Shown piece by piece: positions 1-9,912 of a stretch of 64,000 nucleotides of DNA. A program made the position numbers and the translations under genes. The stretch is from Candidatus Microgenomates bacterium (GTDB taxonomy: Bacteria; Patescibacteriota; Microgenomatia; Levybacterales; UBA12049), in assembly GCA_025451755.1 (NCBI GenBank), contig JANWJT010000017.1, positions 16,147 to 80,146 of the forward strand. Direction: 5' to 3'. The first letter of the stretch is position 1. Each line of letters begins with the position of its first letter. Below the pieces are notes generated by a model that saw only the letters and a program-made list of their open reading frames with translations, was not told the origin of the DNA and searched no databases.

Positions 1-904
1 CCGTAAGTGTCCCTGTCTTATCTGTTAGAAGAACTTGAATTGACCCTAGTGTTTCGACGGCCTGCATTTTCCTTACAATTGCATTTTTCTTTGCCATTCT
101 TGTCGCCCCTAATGCAAGTGCAATTGTAATAACAGTCGGAAGACTCTGGGGAACTGCTGCAACAGTGACGCTTACTGCAAGAAGTACAAGTGGAAAAAAT
201 TCTCTTTCTTGTGCTAGGCCAATTGGAATTATAGAAAATGCTGAAGCAATTGCGATAAGCGAAATTATTTTTCCTAATGTGTTTAACCGTTTGCTTAAAG
301 GAGTTTGGTCTGCAGATAATCCCGAGAGAGTTTCGGCAATTTGCCCAAATCGGGTTTTCATTCCAGTTTTTTGAATGGTAAGATGCCCCCGCCCTTTTAT
401 GACGAGCGTTCCGCCAAATATTTCTGCATCTTTTTCTTTGGCAACAGGAAGGGACTCTCCTGTTAGGATTGACTCATCAACTTCTAAGTCCTCATGCTGC
501 AGTAGTATTCCATCGGCTGGGATTCGATCTCCTTCAGATAGGATTACAATGTCTCCAGGCACAAGATCTGATGTTGGAACTTCCTGCTCTTTTCCATCTC
601 TTAAAACTCTTGAAACTGGCTTAACGTAGTTTTTAAGTTTTTCAATAGATTTTTCAGCATTGTATTCTTGAATAAAGCCTACGACACCATTAAGTAGAAG
701 AATTGCAAATATGAACAAAGAGTCAGGAATGTCTCCTATAGCAAAAGAGAAAATTGCAGCTAGGAATAATACCCCGTTTAGAAAACTAGGAAATTGAGAA
801 AGAAAGATTGAGATAGGAGAAATGCCTTTTTTTGCGATAATTTCATTTCTGCCATGCTCTTGCAAGAGTCTTCCTGCATCTTTAGTGGACAGGCCTTTTT
901 CCAT
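1..904 (-). CDS. Cation-transporting P-type ATPase, N-terminal part (runs off the window edge)
   Basis: Manual minus-strand translation from ATG at 904 gives MEKGLSTKDAGRLLQEHGRNEI..., with LTGES and the phosphorylation motif DKTGTLT near the window start. Not in the ORF track because it is open-ended. Confidence 0.9.
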   Translation of the reverse strand, partial: MEKGLSTKDAGRLLQEHGRNEIIAKKGISPISIFLSQFPSFLNGVLFLAAIFSFAIGDIPDSLFIFAILLLNGVVGFIQEYNAEKSIEKLKNYVKPVSRVLRDGKEQEVPTSDLVPGDIVILSEGDRIPADGILLQHEDLEVDESILTGESLPVAKEKDAEIFGGTLVIKGRGHLTIQKTGMKTRFGQIAETLSGLSADQTPLSKRLNTLGKIISLIAIASAFSIIPIGLAQEREFFPLVLLAVSVTVAAVPQSLPTVITIALALGATRMAKKNAIVRKMQAVETLGSIQVLLTDKTGTLT

Positions 905-924
905 TGCATTTATTGTAACATAGC

Positions 925-2478
925 TTAAATGGATTCTTGTTTGGGTCGATATTGCAATGCTTCTGCTATATGAACTGGTTTTATTTTTAAAGACTGCTCA
1001 AGATCTGCAATTGTTCGGGCAATTTTTATAGTCCTAAAATAAGATCTGGCAGATAGGTTCATTCGTTCAACAGCAAGTCTTAAAATTTCCAAGCTTTCAG
1101 AAGAAAGAGCGCAAAATTCTTTTACGCCTTTTGTAGACATTTCGGCATTTGATGTAATCTTTTTGTTTTGGCCTTTTTTTCCTAGACTTTTAAACCTTTT
1201 AATCTGCATATCTCTTGCCTTTTGTACTCTTCTTCTTATTTCTTTTGACGATTCTATTTTTAAGTTCTTTTCATTTGAAACAAGTTTTTCTGTTCTTACT
1301 GCCGGAACATCTAAATGAATATCTATTCTATCAAGCATTGGTCCAGAAACTCTTTTTTGGTACCTTAATATCTGATTTAAATTGCATTTGCATTCTTTAG
1401 TTTTGTCTCCGTAAAATCCGCATGGACATGGATTTTGTGCTGCAACAAGCATGAATTTAGAAGGAAATAAAACTCTGCCTTTGGATCTTGAGATTGCAAT
1501 ATCCCCATCTTCCATGGGTTGTCTTAATGCTTCAAGAACATGGCGTGGAAATTCCGGAAATTCATCTAGAAATAATACTCCTCTGTGCGCTAAGGATATT
1601 TCCCCGGGTTTTGGAACATTGCCTCCGCCAATAAGTCCAATATGAGAAGTCGTATGGTGAGGAGATCTAAACGGCCTTTTTATTACAAGAGACTTTTTAT
1701 CTAAAAGTCCTGAGATGCTATATATTTTTGTAACCTCTAATGCTTCATCGAAAGTAAGTTTTGGAAGAATAGACGGAAGAGTTCGGGCAAGCATTGTTTT
1801 TCCGGCTCCCGGTGGGCCTTTTAATAAAATATTGTGAGCCCCAGCTGCTGCAATTTCCAAAGCTCTTTTTGCCTGTTCCTGTCCTTTTATGTCGTTCATG
1901 TCAAGATCAAAATCTTCATCTTTTAGAACAGAATTTATATTAATGTGTTTTTGAGGTTTTATTTCTTCAGCACTTGTTAAATGTCTAAAAAGAGAGACAA
2001 GGGATGGGACAGGATAAATTTTTATTCCATCAAGTATTGATGCTTCCTCAACATCTATGCTTGGTATAAAAACTCTCTTAAGTTTTTTGTTCTTCGCCAT
2101 TATTACTTGTGGCAGGATTCCATTTGTGTGTCTTAGTCTTCCATCCAAAGACAATTCGCCTAAAAATAGAGCGTCATCAATTTCCACCTTAAGCTGTTCG
2201 GATGCCAAAAGAATCCCAAGTGCGATTGGCAAGTCATAAGAAGGTCCTTCTTTTGGTAAATCCGCAGGTGCTAAATTTACAGTTATTCTTTTTGCAGGAA
2301 AATCAGCGCCACTGTTTTTTATGGCACTTCTTACTCTTTCTCTTGATTCTTCAACTGCTTTATCTGGAAGCCCGACTATTGTAAAAGAGGGGAGACCTTG
2401 AGAAGCAATATCTACTTCTACTTCAACAGGTACTGCATCTAGTCCAACAATCGCAGATGAATTCACTTTCGATAACAT
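925..2478 (-). CDS. comM: YifB/ComM family Mg-chelatase-like AAA+ ATPase
   Basis: GLPDKAVEESRERVRSA N-terminus, Walker A GPPGAGKT, PGEISLAHRGVLFLDE, Zn motif CPCG. Confidence 0.9.
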   Translation of the reverse strand: MLSKVNSSAIVGLDAVPVEVEVDIASQGLPSFTIVGLPDKAVEESRERVRSAIKNSGADFPAKRITVNLAPADLPKEGPSYDLPIALGILLASEQLKVEIDDALFLGELSLDGRLRHTNGILPQVIMAKNKKLKRVFIPSIDVEEASILDGIKIYPVPSLVSLFRHLTSAEEIKPQKHININSVLKDEDFDLDMNDIKGQEQAKRALEIAAAGAHNILLKGPPGAGKTMLARTLPSILPKLTFDEALEVTKIYSISGLLDKKSLVIKRPFRSPHHTTSHIGLIGGGNVPKPGEISLAHRGVLFLDEFPEFPRHVLEALRQPMEDGDIAISRSKGRVLFPSKFMLVAAQNPCPCGFYGDKTKECKCNLNQILRYQKRVSGPMLDRIDIHLDVPAVRTEKLVSNEKNLKIESSKEIRRRVQKARDMQIKRFKSLGKKGQNKKITSNAEMSTKGVKEFCALSSESLEILRLAVERMNLSARSYFRTIKIARTIADLEQSLKIKPVHIAEALQYRPKQESI

Positions 2479-2513
2479 ACATTTATATTAGCATTTTGTT
2501 TTATATTTTTTTC

Positions 2514-2542
2514 TTGACATCTTCGATTCTTTTTAGTACTAT
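2514..2542 (+). promoter_or_regulatory. sigma70 promoter of guaB-guaA
   Basis: TTGACA (2514-2519), 17-nt spacer, TACTAT (2537-2542), then ATG 5 nt later. Confidence 0.65.
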
Positions 2543-2547
2543 TAATT

Positions 2548-3741
2548 ATGGAGCCTCAGAAATCTGTACACTCAAATCCTCTCAGTATCCAGGCGCTTTC
2601 TTCCGGTCTTACTTTTGATGATGTCCTTCTTTTACCCGGGTATTCTGATTTTTCCCGCTCTCAAATAAGTCTTGCGACTCAGCTTACAAAAAAAATTAAA
2701 CTTTCTATTCCTTTTGTTTCTGCTCCAATGGATACAGTAACCGAAAGTAAACTTGCAATCTCCCTTGCAAAATTAGGGGGAATTGGAATAATTCATCGAA
2801 ATTTAACAATAGAAGATCAAGCGGGAGAAGTTAAAAAAGTTAAAAAAATCCGTTCGACAAGCTCAGGACAAGCATTAATTGTAGGAGCGGCAGTTGGTGC
2901 AAGTAATTTTGAGAAAAGAGCAGAAGCTCTTATTAAAGCCGGAGCAAATGTAGTAGTAGTAGATTCGGCTCACGGATTTTCAAAAGGTGTTATTGAAGCT
3001 ACAAAATATATTAAGAAAAATTTTTCAAAGATCGAAGTTATTTCTGGAAATATTGCAACAGTAGACGGCGCAAGAGAATTAATTAAAGCAGGAGCTGATG
3101 GACTTAGGGTTGGTATGGGACCGGGTGCAATTTGTACAACTCGAATAATCTCGGGAATGGGAGTTCCTCAGATAACTGCAATTTTTGAGGTAAATAAAGT
3201 AGCGAAAAAATTAAACGTTCCTATAATCGCGGACGGAGGAATAAAATTTTCGGGAGATATTGTAAAAGCAATAGCTACAGGTGCATCGACGGTTATGATG
3301 GGAAGTTTTTTTGCATCTGCATTAGAAACTCCCGGTAAGGTGGTTTATTTAAAAAGAGATCAAGTTCCCCATAGATTCTTAAGTATCTTCAACCTGATAA
3401 ACGAAAAATACCCCTTTAAAGAATACAGAGGAATGGGCTCATCTTCTGCAATGAGAAAAGGAGCAAAAGTAAAATCAGAAGATGAATTTCATGGCAAAGA
3501 TTATAAAGACAGAATATTAATTGCAGAAGGAGTTGAGGGTTTAGTTCCTGTAAAGGGAGCTGTTAAAGAACTTATAGAACAAGCAATCGGGGGAATAAAA
3601 TCCGGAATGTATTACGCAGGGGCAAAAAATATAAAAGAACTTTGGGAGAAAGCGCAGTTTATTAAAATTACTCAAGCCTCTCTAACAGAAAGCCATCCTC
3701 ACAGTATCCTGGTTACGAATAGCGGGAAAAATTACTCATGA
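2548..3741 (+). CDS. guaB: IMP dehydrogenase lacking CBS domains
   Basis: [19 protein letters not shown], catalytic [20 protein letters not shown]; 397 aa with no CBS pair. Confidence 0.95.
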   Translation: MEPQKSVHSNPLSIQALSSGLTFDDVLLLPGYSDFSRSQISLATQLTKKIKLSIPFVSAPMDTVTESKLAISLAKLGGIGIIHRNLTIEDQAGEVKKVKKIRSTSSGQALIVGAAVGASNFEKRAEALIKAGANVVVVDSAHGFSKGVIEATKYIKKNFSKIEVISGNIATVDGARELIKAGADGLRVGMGPGAICTTRIISGMGVPQITAIFEVNKVAKKLNVPIIADGGIKFSGDIVKAIATGASTVMMGSFFASALETPGKVVYLKRDQVPHRFLSIFNLINEKYPFKEYRGMGSSSAMRKGAKVKSEDEFHGKDYKDRILIAEGVEGLVPVKGAVKELIEQAIGGIKSGMYYAGAKNIKELWEKAQFIKITQASLTESHPHSILVTNSGKNYS

Positions 3742-5270
3742 TTGTAATAGTTGATTTTGGATCTCAGACTTCTCATCTAATTTCAAGAAGAATAAAAGAA
3801 TTTGGCGCATCTTCAAAGCTTGTTAGTCCGGAAGATGCATTGCCGGAAATATTAAAAAATAAGGATAATATAGATGGAATAGTTTTGTCCGGCGGTCCAA
3901 GCTCCGTATATCTTAAGAATGCCCCAACAATTAGTCCAGATATTTTTAATTTAAATATCCCCATTTTTGGTATTTGTTATGGACTTCAGCTTACGGCAAA
4001 ACTTTTGGGAGGAAAAGTAATTTCAGGAAAAAAAGAATATGGACCAGCCCAGCTGGAAATTCCAAATTCAAAATCCCAAATCGCAAAAAATATTCCTAAA
4101 AAACTCACAGTATGGATGAGTCATGGAGATGAGGTTATAAAACTTCCAGAAGGTTTTAAAGTTTTAGGATCTTCCGAGCATGTACCCTTCGCGTTTGTAG
4201 AAAACAAAAATAAAAAAATATTTGGACTCCAGTTTCATCCGGAAGTAGAGCATACAGACTATGGAACCAAGATAATCAAAAACTTTCTAAATATATGTGC
4301 TGTAAATTTTAAAAAGGAAATTATAGATGAGAAAGAATTGATTAAAGATATTCGGGAAAAAGTCGGGAAATACTCGGTAATTGGAGCTGTATCGGGAGGA
4401 GTTGATTCAACAGTTGCTTCGGTTTTAACTGCTAAAGCCATTGGCAAAAATTTTCATCCGGTTTACGTTGATAACGGACTAATGAGGAAAGGAACAGAAG
4501 AACATCTTAATAAAATATTTAAACATATAGGTATAAAACTAACAGTTTTAAAAGTTGAGAAAGAAATGATTAGAAGACTAAATAGCATTACTGATCCCGA
4601 GAAAAAAAGAAAAATTATCGGGAATTTTTATATAGAGCTCTTTGAAAAAGAAATGAAAAATTTAATAAAAAAAGGAATTAAAATAAAATTTTTACTGCAA
4701 GGAACAATTTATTCAGATGTTATAGAAAGTCAGGAAAATAAACATTCGGATTTAATTAAAAGCCATCATAATGTGGGAGGGCTTCCAAAAAAAATGAAAT
4801 TAAAATTATTAGAGCCTCTTAGAAATTATTATAAAGATGAAGTAAAGGAAATAGGACGAAAGCTTAAGCTTCCTGAAAATTTTGTAAATATGCAGCCTTT
4901 TCCGGGGCCAGGTTTTGCAGTTAGAATAAGAGGCGAAGTTACAAAAAAAAGACTTGAGAATGAAAAAAAGGCAGACGAAATTGTTCTTGAAGAGCTAAGA
5001 AAGGCAAATCTTATTTCGAAAGTTTTTCTTTCTTTTCCAGTTTTAACAAATTCATTTTCAACCGCAGTCAAGGGAGACGGAAGAGTTTTTGGAGAAGTTG
5101 TAGCTTTAAGAATTATTGAATCTAAAGATATTATGACTACAACTTGGGCAAAACTTCCTTACGATATTTTGCAAAAAATTTCATCAAGAATTGTAAACGA
5201 AGTGCCCGATATTTCTCGGGTGGTTTACGATATAACTACAAAACCTCCTGCCACAATGGAGTGGGAATAA
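3738..5270 (+). CDS. guaA: GMP synthase (glutamine-hydrolysing)
   Basis: DFGSQ, GICYG, QFHPEV, SGGVDS, KSHHNVGG, KPPATMEWE. Confidence 0.97.
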   Translation: MIVIVDFGSQTSHLISRRIKEFGASSKLVSPEDALPEILKNKDNIDGIVLSGGPSSVYLKNAPTISPDIFNLNIPIFGICYGLQLTAKLLGGKVISGKKEYGPAQLEIPNSKSQIAKNIPKKLTVWMSHGDEVIKLPEGFKVLGSSEHVPFAFVENKNKKIFGLQFHPEVEHTDYGTKIIKNFLNICAVNFKKEIIDEKELIKDIREKVGKYSVIGAVSGGVDSTVASVLTAKAIGKNFHPVYVDNGLMRKGTEEHLNKIFKHIGIKLTVLKVEKEMIRRLNSITDPEKKRKIIGNFYIELFEKEMKNLIKKGIKIKFLLQGTIYSDVIESQENKHSDLIKSHHNVGGLPKKMKLKLLEPLRNYYKDEVKEIGRKLKLPENFVNMQPFPGPGFAVRIRGEVTKKRLENEKKADEIVLEELRKANLISKVFLSFPVLTNSFSTAVKGDGRVFGEVVALRIIESKDIMTTTWAKLPYDILQKISSRIVNEVPDISRVVYDITTKPPATMEWE

Positions 5271-5294
5271 AAATAATGCTACAATAGGCAAGCG

Positions 5295-7118
5295 ATGGAT
5301 GAGGTAGCAAGAGTCAGGGAAAAAATAGATATAGCATCTTTAATAAGTGAATATATTCCTCTTAAAAAAGCCGGTAGAAATTTTAAAGCTGCCTGTCCGT
5401 TTCATAACGAAAAAAGTCCTTCCTTTGTAGTTTCTCCCGAAAGACAAATTTGGCATTGTTTTGGATGTGGAAAGGGTGGAGACTGCTATACATTTTTAAT
5501 GGAATATGAGAATCTTGAGTTTTTTGAAGCACTCAGAATCTTAGCAAAAAAAGCAGGCATAGAGCTTTCGGAAACAGATTTTGTAAAAAAAGACACTTCC
5601 AAAAAAGAAATAATTTATTCTGTTAATAAAATTGCTTCAGATTTTTATCACTACATTCTTACAAAACACAATGCAGGTAAAAAAGCACTTGAATATTTAA
5701 CAAAAGAGAGGAAGATAGATCCGCGTCTTGTAGAAACTTTTCAAATAGGTTTTTCTCCAAACCAAGGAGATATTTTGTCGAAATATTTATTGGAAAAGAA
5801 AAAATATAAAATCCAGGATTTAACTGAGGCAGGACTTTCTTTTACAAGACCGGGTAGAACTGCAGATTTTTTTAGAGGAAGACTAATGTTTCCGCTATTT
5901 GATCATAGAGATAACATAATTGCTTTCTCTGGCAGGATTCTTCAGAATAGTGCCTCCGAATCAACCTCGATTCAATCGGGGTCAAAATACGTTAATACAA
6001 GAGATACTCTTGTATATCATAAGGGAAGTACTTTTTTTGGTTTAAATCTTGCAAAAGAAGAAATAAAAAAAGAAGAGAGGGCAATAATTGTGGAAGGAGA
6101 ATTTGATGTAATTTCCTGTTATTCTCGGGGGATTAAAAATGTTGTCGCTATTAAAGGAACTGCTTTGACGGAAAATCAGATATCTTTAATTTCACGATTT
6201 TCACAAAAAATTACGCTTTGTCTTGACCAGGATGAGGCAGGATTTGAGGCAATTAAGAGAAGTCTTGAGGGCTTAGAAAAAAAAGGCTTGACTACAACTG
6301 TAGTTGATCTGGGAGATTATAAGGATCCCGATGAGGCAATTATAAAAGATCCAATCTTTTTCAAGAATGCAGTAAGTCATGACATTGGAGCTTATGATTT
6401 TCTAATATCTAATTTTCTTAAAAAATATAATAAAGAAGAAGCAGAGGGAAAAAAGAAAATAACTCAAAATCTTCTTCCTTTTATTTCTTTAATAGACAAC
6501 GAAATAATAAAAGAGCATTATCTAAAAACCTTAGCAAAGGAACTTGACGCATCTTTAGAGACTCTTCAAAAAGAAATGGAGAAAGTTGGTAAAAAAGAAC
6601 CTGCGAATGTCGGTTTTATAGGAGAAAAAAAAGATAAAAGAGTAAGGAAGGAAATCTTGGAAGAATATTTACTTTCTCTTATCTTGCAAAGTGAAAAAGC
6701 TGAGGATCATTTTAAGATGACAGACGAAAAGTTATCGGAGTATGAATTCGAACTGCCTTCTTATCAAAAAATATTTGAATATTTAAAATCCTATTTTAAA
6801 AATAACCAAAATTTTAATATTAAGTTATTTGCAAAAACTCTTCCTAAAGAAACGATAGTAGTATTTGATACTTGTTATATCTTGCCTTTGCCAAAGCTTA
6901 GAGAAAAGAATAAATATTCAGAAGAAATAGAAAAAGTCATAAAAGAGCTTAGAATTGTGGATCTTAAAAACAAAATAAAAAACATTGCTAATAATATAAA
7001 CAAAAAAGAAAAAAATAAGGAAGAGACAAAAGATCTTCAAAGCAGGCTTTCAAGTTTTCTAAAGATTCTTCAAAGCCTTACTCAAGCTTCAAATAATGGG
7101 GCCAGTGTGGTAAAATAA
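5295..7118 (+). CDS. dnaG: DNA primase
   Basis: [15 protein letters not shown] zinc finger, TOPRIM VEGEFDV and DQDEAG. Confidence 0.97.
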   Translation: MDEVARVREKIDIASLISEYIPLKKAGRNFKAACPFHNEKSPSFVVSPERQIWHCFGCGKGGDCYTFLMEYENLEFFEALRILAKKAGIELSETDFVKKDTSKKEIIYSVNKIASDFYHYILTKHNAGKKALEYLTKERKIDPRLVETFQIGFSPNQGDILSKYLLEKKKYKIQDLTEAGLSFTRPGRTADFFRGRLMFPLFDHRDNIIAFSGRILQNSASESTSIQSGSKYVNTRDTLVYHKGSTFFGLNLAKEEIKKEERAIIVEGEFDVISCYSRGIKNVVAIKGTALTENQISLISRFSQKITLCLDQDEAGFEAIKRSLEGLEKKGLTTTVVDLGDYKDPDEAIIKDPIFFKNAVSHDIGAYDFLISNFLKKYNKEEAEGKKKITQNLLPFISLIDNEIIKEHYLKTLAKELDASLETLQKEMEKVGKKEPANVGFIGEKKDKRVRKEILEEYLLSLILQSEKAEDHFKMTDEKLSEYEFELPSYQKIFEYLKSYFKNNQNFNIKLFAKTLPKETIVVFDTCYILPLPKLREKNKYSEEIEKVIKELRIVDLKNKIKNIANNINKKEKNKEETKDLQSRLSSFLKILQSLTQASNNGASVVK

Positions 7119-7125
7119 ACTACTA

Positions 7126-8208
7126 ATGAAACAAAAATCCACAAATTTCCTAAAGGATATCGTTGATTCTGCAAAAAAAAGGGGATATATAACTCAGGAT
7201 GAAATATTAGCAATTTTTCCAAAACCAGAAGACCATATAGCGGATTTAGATGCTCTTTACGGTAAGCTTTTAAAACTTGATATAGATGTTTTTGAATCTG
7301 TTGCAAGAGATCAGGACACCGAAAAACCAATAGAAGACTTAGAAAAAGAACTTGCTGCTCTAACAATACTCACCGAAGATACAGTATCTGATCCAGTTAG
7401 AATGTATCTAAAAGAAATCGGAAGAATTCCTCTTCTTAAGTTTGACCAGGAAATTTCTCTGGCTAAAAGAGTGGAAAAAGGAGACAGGGAAGCAAAAAAG
7501 ATTTTAATTAATTCAAACCTCCGTTTAGTTGTATCGATTGCAAAAAAATATGTAGGAAGAGGACTTACTCTTCTTGATTTAATTCAGGAAGGAAACCAGG
7601 GATTAATAAGAGCAGTCGAAAAGTACGATTGGCGAAGAGGATACAAATTTTCAACATATGCGACCTGGTGGATTAGGCAATCAATAACAAGAGCTATTGC
7701 AGATCAGGCAAGAACAATTAGAATTCCTGTTCATATGGTAGAAAATATAAATAGATTCTTAAGAGCTTCAAGAAAGCTAATGCAGGAGTTAGGAAGAGAG
7801 CCAACGCCAGAAGAAGTTGCAAAAGTTTTGGGAATCGATCCCGAAAAGGCAATGGAAATAATAAAAATTTCTCAGGAGCCAGCAAGTTTGGAATCACCTG
7901 TTGGAGATGAAGAAGACTCCCGTCTTGGAGATTTTATTCATGACGCAACAGCTCCTACTCTTTTTGATAGTGCGTCCCGCGAGCTTTTAAAAGAGCAGGT
8001 AGAGCAGGTCTTGGCAACGCTTTCTGATCGGGAAAGAAGAGTTCTCGAGGAAAGATTTGGTCTAAAAGATGGAAAACCAAAAACATTGGAAGAAGTTGGT
8101 AAAATGTTTGCAGTAACTAGAGAAAGAATTCGTCAGATAGAAGCCAAAGCTCTTCGCAAGCTCCGCCACCCCTCCCGAGGGAATAAACTCAAAGATTATT
8201 TAGGGTAA
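7126..8208 (+). CDS. rpoD: RNA polymerase primary sigma factor
   Basis: [49 protein letters not shown]; follows dnaG. Confidence 0.97.
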   Translation: MKQKSTNFLKDIVDSAKKRGYITQDEILAIFPKPEDHIADLDALYGKLLKLDIDVFESVARDQDTEKPIEDLEKELAALTILTEDTVSDPVRMYLKEIGRIPLLKFDQEISLAKRVEKGDREAKKILINSNLRLVVSIAKKYVGRGLTLLDLIQEGNQGLIRAVEKYDWRRGYKFSTYATWWIRQSITRAIADQARTIRIPVHMVENINRFLRASRKLMQELGREPTPEEVAKVLGIDPEKAMEIIKISQEPASLESPVGDEEDSRLGDFIHDATAPTLFDSASRELLKEQVEQVLATLSDRERRVLEERFGLKDGKPKTLEEVGKMFAVTRERIRQIEAKALRKLRHPSRGNKLKDYLG

Positions 8209-9411
8209 TTATTTTCTTACAAAAACGATTGCGTTGGGAAGATTGCGTCCCGGTCCTGCTTTATACCCACCATGCCAAAGTGCTGTTGATCCACCCTGAT
8301 CAAGACCAAGTGCGTTATCAATCCCCATTATTTTAAGAACAGTTCCTGCATCAGAAAATGATGCGCTATAAACGATACCTATATAAACAGTACTGCCTTT
8401 AGTTCCTATAAAAGTTCTCGCCGCTTTTCCTCCTCCTGCTCCGGTAGGGCTTCCTCCCGAGACCAAAAGTATTTGCATTGCAATAACACTATCAATGCCA
8501 GTATCTCGTCCCCAATCAGATGATCTTCCACGAACAAACATGGAATTTCCGGTAAAACCAACCAGAGGCACAGTTGAATAAACATTATTATCCGAATTAA
8601 AATAAACTTTATTTTTATTCATTAAAAGCGTGTCGAAAGAATTTACTTTTCCGACGCAGCTTGGATAATCAGGCGGACAAAAATATGAGCCATTTATTCC
8701 GGCAAATCCTCCGGAACGTGCAACATAAGTTGCAAGAGGAAGCGCAGGGCAATTATCCCGGCAATCTCCATCGGATGCTGTATCTACTATTACTCTTGTT
8801 GAGTTAAGATCAGCCGCAATCATAGATACAATAAATTCTCCCCTGTCTGTAGAAACTTTTTGCTGGGAAAAGCCCGATCCCGGCGCTGAATTATTTACAG
8901 GAATGTTTGCGATTTGCGCAGAAGTTTGCTGCGCAAGACTTCCGGCTATTGCCTTTAGACTTTCTTCATTCTTTTGAACATCTTTTGTAAGAAGTTCAAG
9001 ATTTACCGATGCCGACGCATAATTAAGCTGAGACAGCTCGTTTAGTATTTTTGCAAACATTTTATCAAGATCAGAAGTTTTTACGCTTTGAGCGCGAAGA
9101 TCAGAAATTATATTATAAATATTTAAAGACTCTTTATATGTATCCTGTGTATTTTTAATATCCTTTTTAAGGCCTTCATTAATTTTGTACTGGTCTTGAT
9201 TCTTAAGTTCTTTAAGTTCAGCGCCTATGGAGATAAGGCTTTTATTAAGACTCGAATTTTTAATTCCTAATTCTTTAATTCTGTTTTGAGAAAAATTTAA
9301 ATAGTATATAAATCCTGCTAATACTATTAATATAAGAGCGAAAAAAAAGATAGGAAACTTTGATTTTAAGAGGATTAAATTTTTTGCCGAAATAAAATTA
9401 TTAACCTGCAC
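8209..9411 (-). CDS. Membrane-anchored coiled-coil protein with a C-terminal phosphodiester glycosidase (NAGPA-like) domain
   Basis: N-terminal TM segment, coiled coil, GINGSYF and LDQGGST motifs. Confidence 0.7.
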   Translation of the reverse strand: MQVNNFISAKNLILLKSKFPIFFFALILIVLAGFIYYLNFSQNRIKELGIKNSSLNKSLISIGAELKELKNQDQYKINEGLKKDIKNTQDTYKESLNIYNIISDLRAQSVKTSDLDKMFAKILNELSQLNYASASVNLELLTKDVQKNEESLKAIAGSLAQQTSAQIANIPVNNSAPGSGFSQQKVSTDRGEFIVSMIAADLNSTRVIVDTASDGDCRDNCPALPLATYVARSGGFAGINGSYFCPPDYPSCVGKVNSFDTLLMNKNKVYFNSDNNVYSTVPLVGFTGNSMFVRGRSSDWGRDTGIDSVIAMQILLVSGGSPTGAGGGKAARTFIGTKGSTVYIGIVYSASFSDAGTVLKIMGIDNALGLDQGGSTALWHGGYKAGPGRNLPNAIVFVRK

Positions 9412-9476
9412 CTAAGCCAGTATATAATTATACTTCTTTATTTTCAAATGCTATCGTGCTAGAATATTCTTCACGA

Positions 9477-9513
9477 TCCGCGATAGTCCGCCAGCTGGCG
9501 GACAGGAAGCTGT
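9477..9513 (+). pseudogene. Duplicated 5' half of tRNA-Asn with the D-arm replaced by an 18-bp palindrome
   Basis: TCCGCGATAG and CAGGAAGCTGT are identical to the tRNA at 9755; GTCCGCCAGCTGGCGGAC (9486-9503) is a perfect palindrome. Confidence 0.85.
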
Positions 9514-9515
9514 CC

Positions 9516-9764
9516 ATGTTTAAAGTTTATGCTTTATACAATAAGAAGAGTGGAAAGATATACATTGGTCAGACAAACAATATCGAAAAGAGATTAAAAG
9601 AGCATAATGAAAAAAGAGGAAACCATTTTACGTCAAGTATAGACGGAACATGGATTATAATATATCAAGAGGCAGCTAGTAGTAGAACTAGCGCAATATT
9701 AAGAGAGAGACAATTAAAAAGTTTCAGAGGTAGAGAATTTATTAAACAATACATTCCGCGATAG
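9516..9764 (+). CDS. Small GIY-YIG nuclease (82 aa)
   Basis: VYALY...IYIGQTNNIEKRLKEHN and conserved E in RERQLK; likely start is ATG 9516; stop TAG lies inside the tRNA. Confidence 0.9.
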   Translation: MFKVYALYNKKSGKIYIGQTNNIEKRLKEHNEKRGNHFTSSIDGTWIIIYQEAASSRTSAILRERQLKSFRGREFIKQYIPR

Positions 9765-9826
9765 CTCAATGGTAGAGCAGGAAGCTGTTAACTTCAAGGT
9801 TCTAGGTTCGAATCCTAGTCGCGGAG
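9755..9826 (+). tRNA. tRNA-Asn (GTT)
   Basis: Acceptor stem TCCGCGA/TCGCGGA, D arm GCTC..GAGC, anticodon GTT at 9787-9789, T loop GGTTCGAATCC; CCA not encoded. Confidence 0.97.
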
Positions 9827-9912
9827 CAAAATGTACCAGCAAACATTTTAATATAACCTCTTGCGCCTCAATTACTGAACAACACAAGCGAACAATTGTG
9901 TATACTTAGTGT

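Noticed and set aside
165-629. Short plus-strand ORFs here and the many 60-110 aa antisense or out-of-frame ORFs in the track
   Set aside because: They are shadows of well-supported genes, for example the P-type ATPase on the minus strand.
9514-9788. Group I intron splitting tRNA-Asn at position 35/36
   Set aside because: The interval is almost entirely ORF plus a complete tRNA 5' half, no catalytic core is evident, it would end in T rather than the terminal G, and the downstream tRNA is already intact.
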